Shown piece after piece: positions 1 through 6,597 of a stretch of DNA of 64,000 nucleotides (position 1 is the first letter of the stretch; each line of letters starts with the position of its first letter). The DNA is taken from IMG/VR virus record IMGVR_UViG_3300036770_007283; one strand, written 5' to 3'. This stretch comes from a virus. Its lineage: Duplodnaviria; Caudoviricetes. The notes below the pieces were generated by a model. It saw nothing but the letters and a program-made list of their open reading frames with translations. It was not told where the DNA came from and did not search any database. A program made the translations under genes and the position numbers.

Positions 1-271
1 TACCCTGAGGCCCATCATTTCCCTGATTTCCTTGGTTACCTTGGGGTCCATCATTTCCCTGGTTTCCTTGGTTACCCTGAGGCCCATCATTTCCCTGATT
101 TCCTTGGTTACCTTGGGGTCCATCATTTCCCTGGTTTCCTTGGTTACCCTGAGGCCCATCATTTCCCTGATTTCCTTGGTTACCTTGGGGTCCATCATTT
201 CCCTGGTTTCCTTGGTTACCCTGAGGCCCATCATTTCCCTGATTTCCTTGGTTACCTTGGGGTCCATCATT
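1..271. repeat. Perfect 72-bp tandem repeat (~3.75 copies) within the collagen-like gene
   Basis: Units at 1-72, 73-144 and 145-216 are identical, and a partial fourth copy matches to 271. Degenerate 9-bp triplet repeats continue to ~499. Confidence 0.95.
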
Positions 272-733
272 ACCCTGATTTCCTTGGTTTCCTTGAGGTC
301 CATCGTTACCCTGGTTACCCTGGTTACCTTGGTTACCTTGGTTTCCTTGATTACCTTGGTTTCCTTGATTACCTTGGTTTCCTTGGTTTCCTTGAGATCC
401 ATCATTACCTTGGTTACCTTGGTTACCCTGATTTCCTTGATTACCTTGGTTACCTTGAGGTCCATCATTACCCTGATTTCCTTGCGGACCTTGACTTCCA
501 AAACCACCTTGCATCAAGTCATTTACAACATCTTCTAAATAATTAAGCCTTTCACTTACGGTATAGTAATCGCCACTTGGATTGACACCAAGTTCATTCT
601 CAATATTAATAATTGCCGATCTTAATCTATTTAAAGTAGTTGCAGTTATCCTTGTTACATTATCTATAACAATTGGTAACTGCGCATAACCATCAATTGC
701 ATTAGGATAGATACTGAATTCAATTTCAGCCAT
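1..733 (-). CDS. Collagen-like (Gly-X-Y) virion/fibre protein, 3' end truncated by window edge
   Basis: Not in the ORF track. ATG at 733 with GGAG upstream. Reads MAEIEFSIYPNAIDGYAQLPIVIDNVTRITATTLNRLRSAIINIENELG..., then about 55 Gly-X-Y triplets (GNQ, GND, GPQ, GSQ) from ~499 to the window edge with no stop. Confidence 0.92.
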   Translation of the reverse strand, partial: MAEIEFSIYPNAIDGYAQLPIVIDNVTRITATTLNRLRSAIINIENELGVNPSGDYYTVSERLNYLEDVVNDLMQGGFGSQGPQGNQGNDGPQGNQGNQGNQGNQGNQGNDGSQGNQGNQGNQGNQGNQGNQGNQGNQGNQGNDGPQGNQGNQGNDGPQGNQGNQGNDGPQGNQGNQGNDGPQGNQGNQGNDGPQGNQGNQGNDGPQGNQGNQGNDGPQGNQGNQGNDGPQGNQGNQGNDGPQG

Positions 734-745
734 AACTTCTCCGTA

Positions 746-889
746 TTATTTTTTAACTTTATCTTGATTATTAGAAGTCTTCTTCCTAATAGAAACTAAT
801 GGCAATTGTTTCTTTTCAATAACCTTCTTAGCCTTATTAATTAATTCCGCATTAGTTTTTTCTTTTTTCTTATTGCAACCACAGCCCAT
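746..889 (-). CDS. 47-aa basic microprotein starting MGCGC
   Basis: GGAG upstream of ATG 889. Reads MGCGCNKKKEKTNAELINKAKKVIEKKQLPLVSIRKKTSNNQDKVKK*. Its stop lies just before the RBS of the collagen-like gene. Below the ORF-track size cutoff. Confidence 0.75.
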   Translation of the reverse strand: MGCGCNKKKEKTNAELINKAKKVIEKKQLPLVSIRKKTSNNQDKVKK

Positions 890-970
890 TTTATCTCCAA
901 TAAAAATAAATTAAATATTAGCAGCTTAAAATAATGAATTTTATTAATAACTTTTAATTATTTAGCATTT

Positions 971-1825
971 ATGCGGTTAAAGCTCAAACTACTTTTCAGC
1001 GGGGCACGCATAATGAATGACTTTATTAAAAATATAGCCTTTTTAATTATTACTATTACCATTTCATTATTCCTATCTCTACCAAAAAATAGTAAGATTA
1101 TTTCCTATAATCAAAATTATAGTGAAGATGTTGATGTTGAATTTGTATCAAATTTTTATAATAAAAATAATTTTTCTAAAAACTTTATACAACCCGTAGT
1201 CAAAATAAATTTTGAAATAGAAACAAATCTAGGTAAGGCCGTAGTCAGTAGTGGAACTGGTTTTAGCATTCATTATGATAAAAAAGCCGATGCTAGTTTT
1301 TTAATAACCAATAATCATGTCTGCGAAAGTGCTTTCTTATTTCCTTTTTCATCCAGATTCTTCTATGAAGGAACTAATCAAACCTTTGGAAGTCAAATGG
1401 ATAAAGACTCCAATGTTCTGGAAATAATAAACTTTGATGAAGCAAAAGATCTTTGCTTGATGCGAGCTAGTGGATATATCAAACCCGCAAAAATTGCTGC
1501 AAATAATAAAAACATAATTCAAGGCATGCCTGTAATAATTGTTGGAGCACCCAATGGCATTTTTCCAATTATTACAAGAACCTATTTAAGCAATCTTTTT
1601 ACAAGAAGTGTCTTAGAGCCACACATGCAAGCTGGTCATGAATTATTATTACTATCAAGCCAAGCCTACGGAGGACATAGCGGCAGTCCAATCTATAATA
1701 TAAATGGCGAAGTGATTGGGGTCGTCTTTATAAGTCTAAATAATCAATCTGGACCCATACTAGGCACACTTGGCATCCACCTAAATGATCTTCAAACATT
1801 TATAAGCCAAAATCTTAGGATTTGA
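971..1825 (+). CDS. Trypsin-like serine protease (S1/HtrA-like catalytic domain, N-terminal membrane anchor, no PDZ)
   Basis: His motif ITNNHV, Asp in EAKDLCL, Ser motif GGHSGSPI, hydrophobic IAFLIITITISLFLSL. Probable start is ATG 1013. Confidence 0.88.
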   Translation: MRLKLKLLFSGARIMNDFIKNIAFLIITITISLFLSLPKNSKIISYNQNYSEDVDVEFVSNFYNKNNFSKNFIQPVVKINFEIETNLGKAVVSSGTGFSIHYDKKADASFLITNNHVCESAFLFPFSSRFFYEGTNQTFGSQMDKDSNVLEIINFDEAKDLCLMRASGYIKPAKIAANNKNIIQGMPVIIVGAPNGIFPIITRTYLSNLFTRSVLEPHMQAGHELLLLSSQAYGGHSGSPIYNINGEVIGVVFISLNNQSGPILGTLGIHLNDLQTFISQNLRI

Positions 1826-2081
1826 TTTTTAACTTTTTCTTTTTAAGAATCCTTTTTACCTCTAGCTTTTCTACCGCTATATTTTTATTAATATCATCAA
1901 CCATCTTTTTGAAAAAGACAGGATCAATTTGGTTGCCTAGCATAATAGTGTTCATAACCTTGCTAGCCAAGTCCAAAGCATTTAAAGCCACCCTAGCTTC
2001 CTCAGGAAGGCTCTCTTGATTTTTTCTAATAGAATCAAGAGAGCCCAAGAGTTCAGAATCTAAATTATTTTTTTTGTTCAT
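1815..2081 (-). CDS. Hypothetical protein (88 aa)
   Basis: Co-oriented and overlapping with the upstream gene; no motif recognised. Confidence 0.7.
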   Translation of the reverse strand: MNKKNNLDSELLGSLDSIRKNQESLPEEARVALNALDLASKVMNTIMLGNQIDPVFFKKMVDDINKNIAVEKLEVKRILKKKKLKIKS

Positions 2082-2271
2082 TAGTCATTTTGGTTTTAAG
2101 CAAGATTAAATTTGCAATGATTTTATCAACAGCATCAAAATCTAACTTGGCGGTAATTATTAAAGATTTTCTTTCTGCATTAGTAGTTCTAATTGAAAGA
2201 TCTAATTTACCACCATTATCTTGTTTTATTTCTAAATAATCAGATTCTTTTCTGTCTAACATTATTTTCAT
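2065..2271 (-). CDS. Hypothetical protein (68 aa)
   Basis: Starts 2 nt after the phoH stop; no motif recognised. Confidence 0.7.
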   Translation of the reverse strand: MKIMLDRKESDYLEIKQDNGGKLDLSIRTTNAERKSLIITAKLDFDAVDKIIANLILLKTKMTNEQKK

Positions 2272-2272
2272 A

Positions 2273-3583
2273 CTACATTACCTTTGCTGCAAATGTTGCT
2301 AGCTTACTCCTTTCGCCCTTTCTGAGTCTAATATGACCAGCATGTTCGAATTCTTTGAAAAGTGAAACTACTGAAGATAATCCAGAGGTCTTTTCGTCTA
2401 CGGATGGTGAGTCAATTTGCTCTAAGTCACCAATCAGTACAATCTTAGAATTTTCACCCATTCTGGTTAGGAGTGCCTTGGCTTCATGATGCGTAATATT
2501 TTGTGCTTCATCTATAATAAATATAGTGTCTGGAAGCGTTCTACCTCGGATATAAGTTAGGGCTTCCATTTGTATAATACCATTTTTCATTAGCATATCA
2601 ATATAAGCCTTACCGCGTGTATCAAAAATAACTTCTAAGTTATCAAAAAATGGTTGCAACCAAGGTGCCAGCTTTTCTTCTTTAGTACCTGGCAAGAAAC
2701 CAATATCCTTACTCGTACTTTGAACCGGGCGGGATAGAATTAATTTCTTAAACTTCTTTTGATGAATTAAACTTATCGCAGAAGCTATAGCTAGCAAGGT
2801 CTTACCACAACCAGCCATACCACTTAAAGAAACCATGTGAATGTTTGGATCCAATAGTAATTCTAATGCAAAAACTTGCTCTGCACTTCTAGACTTAATT
2901 CCTTCTACAGAAAAGTCCTTTCCTGTTGCATATCGAAGCTTTCTTAGTCTATTGGTATTATCTGCCATCGCCAAGGCACTAGATTGACCGCACTTCAACA
3001 AAACACCTTGGTTTGGATAAAAACTTGAATATGGAAGGACTATAGATTCATCTCTATAAAAATCATCAATTTGTTCTTTGCTTATTTCTAATGTTTCAAT
3101 TCCGTCATAGAAATAATCTAGAACTTCTTTGCCATTTTTCTCATAAGAGATTGCTGGAATTTGTAAGGAGTCGCAACGAACTCTAAGCGAAATATCTCTA
3201 CTTACTACAGTAGCTGGAACCCCGGACCCAATAAAAGCCGCCGCTACAGAAATAATTCTATTATCATTAGTTTCTGACATGCCTGACGGAAGTAAGGATA
3301 GGTCAGATTTGGAGGTAACGTAAATAACCTGCTCGTTCTCAATTTCAACACCATGAAATAAATTGCCATCTTCTCTAACCTTGTCAAGATAGCGATTAAC
3401 ATACCTACAAGCCGCACCGGTTTGATCTTGCCTAGTTTTTAAATTATCTAATTCTTCTAAAACTTCTATTGGTAAATAAATATTATGTCCAGGAAAATTG
3501 TGAATTGCTTCGCCATGATAAGCTAAGACAGAAGTATCAATAATATAGTTTTTTCTTTCAGAGGGCGGAGAGTTAAGTTGCAT
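2273..3583 (-). CDS. phoH: PIN-domain PhoH-family protein (PhoH2/YlaK-like)
   Basis: N-terminal PIN motifs YIIDTSVL, EELD, NDNRI, SRD. PhoH ATPase motifs GMAGCGKT, RGRTL, IIDEAQN, GDLEQID. Confidence 0.93.
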   Translation of the reverse strand: MQLNSPPSERKNYIIDTSVLAYHGEAIHNFPGHNIYLPIEVLEELDNLKTRQDQTGAACRYVNRYLDKVREDGNLFHGVEIENEQVIYVTSKSDLSLLPSGMSETNDNRIISVAAAFIGSGVPATVVSRDISLRVRCDSLQIPAISYEKNGKEVLDYFYDGIETLEISKEQIDDFYRDESIVLPYSSFYPNQGVLLKCGQSSALAMADNTNRLRKLRYATGKDFSVEGIKSRSAEQVFALELLLDPNIHMVSLSGMAGCGKTLLAIASAISLIHQKKFKKLILSRPVQSTSKDIGFLPGTKEEKLAPWLQPFFDNLEVIFDTRGKAYIDMLMKNGIIQMEALTYIRGRTLPDTIFIIDEAQNITHHEAKALLTRMGENSKIVLIGDLEQIDSPSVDEKTSGLSSVVSLFKEFEHAGHIRLRKGERSKLATFAAKVM

Positions 3584-3610
3584 GAAGTCTCCAAAGGTTG
3601 AGAGTTACAT

Positions 3611-3952
3611 TTAACTGGATAAGTTAATATCCTCCTCTTTTATTGACCAGCACTCTATAGTTATTTCATAATACAGCCCTCCTTTTTCTTTATCTTGCTT
3701 AAGCTTCATTTCAGGACCGGCCCACTCACCTACAACTTCGCCTTCATAAGATACACGAATAGCACCAAGGCTAGGAAAGTCTACAATATCCACCTTGTTG
3801 TCTAAAAGATATTTGATAAATTCTGGAGCAGAATCTTGCATCTTCTCTATATCCAGACCGAGAAAAAGCAAAAGATCCTCTAACCATTCTTCACGAACTT
3901 CTTTAATAGCATTCTGATATCCATAACGATCTGCCATTAAAGTTATTATCAT
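3611..3952 (-). CDS. Hypothetical protein (113 aa)
   Basis: Co-oriented ORF downstream of the terminator; no motif recognised. Confidence 0.75.
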   Translation of the reverse strand: MIITLMADRYGYQNAIKEVREEWLEDLLLFLGLDIEKMQDSAPEFIKYLLDNKVDIVDFPSLGAIRVSYEGEVVGEWAGPEMKLKQDKEKGGLYYEITIECWSIKEEDINLSS

Positions 3953-4010
3953 GCCGCAGTTATCTCACTTTATGTATGACGAATCATACAACTGATTGTT
4001 TATTGTTAGT

Positions 4011-4048
4011 AGAAAGAAAAAGAAAAGGCGGCATAATAAATGCCGCCT
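4011..4048 (-). terminator. Rho-independent terminator
   Basis: 9-bp stem AGGCGGCAT/ATGCCGCCT with a 5-nt loop, followed on the minus strand by a T-rich tract; ~35 nt after the stop of 4085..5599. Confidence 0.85.
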
Positions 4049-4084
4049 CTAACTAGAATATAAAATTGTTTATGATTACCAACA

Positions 4085-5599
4085 TTAAGGATTTAAAACC
4101 CAAAGCCTCTGGCCAGCATCCCAAATCTTAACCCAACCCAGCTCTTTTGCATATTCCTCCTGTGATAGATTACGATCATCCATATTGGCTCTACACCTTA
4201 ATCTGTTAAAGGTATCATTATGATTAGTCCAATCAAAATCAATAATATCCTCGGATTTTTTAAATCCTAATTTTTCTAAAAAATCTCCAGTTTCATACCT
4301 TAAATCAATTCTATAGTGAATGGGTAAACCTGGATAATTTTTTCTAATATTAGATATGATATTCGAAACACCATCAGCTACAAATGTATTATTTTTTGAA
4401 CAAAGTCTTTCTATATTTATCTTATCTGGATAAATCGAATAAGATACAGCCATAACCAGTTCATCATTTAGAATTAAACCAAAGAATTCCCCATCAGAAA
4501 ATCCTGATAAATTATTGGCCTCAAAGAATAACTGAGCAGATGAAACATTCAAAGGAACTAAAGTTGCTTCACTGGCAGAAATATTTTTACTATTTCCTAA
4601 GTAATTATTGAGGATTGACCTAACTATATCAGTTTTTTGGAAAACTTCATTTTCCCTAAATTGAAATATTCTTAGTCCAAAATCCTCAAAGCTCTTCCTC
4701 AGGTCAAAGTGATAATTATTATTTTTCTGGCTTGATTCAGAATGCCAATATATTCCATCTACATTTACTGCAGTTTTGTTATTGATTTTAAAGTCTGGCT
4801 TATATTTTAATTTTGGATATAATTCGGAATCAAACATTTTATTATAAAATTTAACATTGAAGTTTTCAGAAAAGAATATTTCTAGACGACTTAGCGGAGA
4901 TTTACGATCAGCGACATATTTATTAACATATTCATAGACTTTATCCAAAGAAACTTCTTCTGGCGTCGCGAAAAGCCTATAAACGTTAAGTGGCGGAACT
5001 CTATATCTAACACAGATGCTGTTTATGGTATCATCTCCATCAACAAACTTAACCATTCCAGACTTTTCCTTTGTCTTCATTGCTTTAAAATTAATTTTCT
5101 TTGATTGTGCCGGATGCTTCACCCCAAATCTTTTTAAGTTTGTCTTGTAAGTTTTTTCCCGAATCTTTTTACTTTTCATAGGGTTATCTACCCCATGACG
5201 ATCAATCATAGACTTTTTTATCTTTTCTTTCACAGCTTCAGATTGAAATGCATGTTCTGTGTTAAATCTTTCAAGATTTGTTTGGACTACTTTCTCCATT
5301 CTAGTTTTTTGCAAAACTTCATGATCTTTTTTAATACCAAAGACCCTAAGAGCCGTGGCTATTGTAGGATCTGTAACTCCGCATAGTTCAGCAATCTGCG
5401 TAGTTGTTAAGTTTTCCATAATATATTTATTATGCAACCATTCTTTGTCCATATATACTTTGGATTTAGATAGTTCATATTTTTCTACACGCTTCTTTAC
5501 ATAGTTATAAGTTCGACCAATTTGTTTTGCGATTTGGTTGATGCTCAAATCTTCTTCTATATATAGGCGTTCTAATTCATCTTTCGTTAAATTCATCAT
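4085..5599 (-). CDS. Multi-domain homing-endonuclease-like protein (2 HTH, TNLxRFG-type repeats, Vsr/DUF559-like nuclease, C-terminal Hef/Mom-like GNAT-type region)
   Basis: Two HTH-like units (LSINQIAKQIG, LTTTQIAELCGV), repeats TNLERFNTEHAFQS / TNLKRFGVKHPAQS, KPDF...AVNVDGIYWHS, C-terminal GLILNDELVMAVS...ERLCSK...LEKLGF...IWDAGQRLW. Sits directly after nrdB. Confidence 0.7.
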   Translation of the reverse strand: MMNLTKDELERLYIEEDLSINQIAKQIGRTYNYVKKRVEKYELSKSKVYMDKEWLHNKYIMENLTTTQIAELCGVTDPTIATALRVFGIKKDHEVLQKTRMEKVVQTNLERFNTEHAFQSEAVKEKIKKSMIDRHGVDNPMKSKKIREKTYKTNLKRFGVKHPAQSKKINFKAMKTKEKSGMVKFVDGDDTINSICVRYRVPPLNVYRLFATPEEVSLDKVYEYVNKYVADRKSPLSRLEIFFSENFNVKFYNKMFDSELYPKLKYKPDFKINNKTAVNVDGIYWHSESSQKNNNYHFDLRKSFEDFGLRIFQFRENEVFQKTDIVRSILNNYLGNSKNISASEATLVPLNVSSAQLFFEANNLSGFSDGEFFGLILNDELVMAVSYSIYPDKINIERLCSKNNTFVADGVSNIISNIRKNYPGLPIHYRIDLRYETGDFLEKLGFKKSEDIIDFDWTNHNDTFNRLRCRANMDDRNLSQEEYAKELGWVKIWDAGQRLWVLNP

Positions 5600-5628
5600 G
5601 TTCGGCTCCTAAAATAAAAATGCGTTAT

Positions 5629-6597
5629 TTACCAGTTCCAATCGCCATTTAATCCAGATTTTGAGTAATCTGTTACCCTTTTCTCAAAGAAGTTGCTCAT
5701 AGAATCCCCATTTAACAGCCAATCGAGCCATGGAAGTGGATTATCTTTTACGCCATAATTTGGTTTTAGTCCTAGCTGAATTAGTCTTCGGTCTGCAATG
5801 AATCTAATGTATTGTTTCATCTCTGCTTTTGTTAGTCCTTCAATTTCACCCATTTTATAAGCCAAATCAATAATCTTATCTTCTAAATCTACTGCAGTTC
5901 TATACATATCGTAGATTTCTTTTTTAAATTCATCATTTACAATCTTAGGGTGTTCTTCACAGAATGTACGGAACAAGTGGGACATATACTGTACGTGAAT
6001 AGATTCATCACGAATTGACCATTCTACGATGGTACACATGCCTTTCATTTTTCCGAATCTTTGATAATTAAGAAGCATGACGAAGGCAGAAAATAAGCTC
6101 ATACCTTCATTGCAGACGCTTTGGGCTAGTGAGAGTCCGATACCTTTCTTAGTAGATACATTGTTTTTTTGCATGAAGGCAATTTTATCAGCCATCTGGT
6201 GATATTCCATGAAGGCCCAATATTCTTTTTCAGCTAGGCCAAGGGTATCATTTAGTAGTGCATAGGCTCTTTGGTGAGTGCCTTCACGATTAGCGAAAGA
6301 AAGGAGCATGTTACGAATTTCATTATTTTTGAAGACTGGAATAAATAATTCGCAATAGTTTCCACCAACTTGGACATCTGATTGGGTGAAGAGTCTTAGG
6401 ATTTGGGTGATGTGTTCTTTTTCGACCGGTGTGAGGGCTTGGCTTTTCCATTGATTAATATCTTCTTGCAGTTCTGCTTCCCAAGTACCCCAGTGAATTT
6501 TTTCATGTTCTTCTGCGGCCAACATAGCCCAAGGGTATTGAAAAGGTTTATAAGCTGTACTTGGTTGTAGTAATCCACCATTATTTATCCCTGACAT
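5629..6597 (-). CDS. nrdB: Ribonucleotide reductase class Ia beta subunit
   Basis: FTQSD, REGTHQRAY (radical Tyr), NEGMSLF, RDESIH, NFFE. The start at 6597 has GGAGG 10 nt upstream; the ORF-track start at 6606 is too close to the SD. Confidence 0.95.
   Translation of the reverse strand: MSGINNGGLLQPSTAYKPFQYPWAMLAAEEHEKIHWGTWEAELQEDINQWKSQALTPVEKEHITQILRLFTQSDVQVGGNYCELFIPVFKNNEIRNMLLSFANREGTHQRAYALLNDTLGLAEKEYWAFMEYHQMADKIAFMQKNNVSTKKGIGLSLAQSVCNEGMSLFSAFVMLLNYQRFGKMKGMCTIVEWSIRDESIHVQYMSHLFRTFCEEHPKIVNDEFKKEIYDMYRTAVDLEDKIIDLAYKMGEIEGLTKAEMKQYIRFIADRRLIQLGLKPNYGVKDNPLPWLDWLLNGDSMSNFFEKRVTDYSKSGLNGDWNW

Noticed and set aside
1-271. Tandem repeats as a possible CRISPR array
   Set aside because: Contiguous identical 72-bp units with no unique spacers, in frame within a coding region. 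No cas genes are seen.
32-538. 168-aa plus-strand hydrophobic repeat ORF (VTL/ISL repeats)
   Set aside because: It is the antisense shadow of the collagen-like Gly-X-Y gene on the minus strand.
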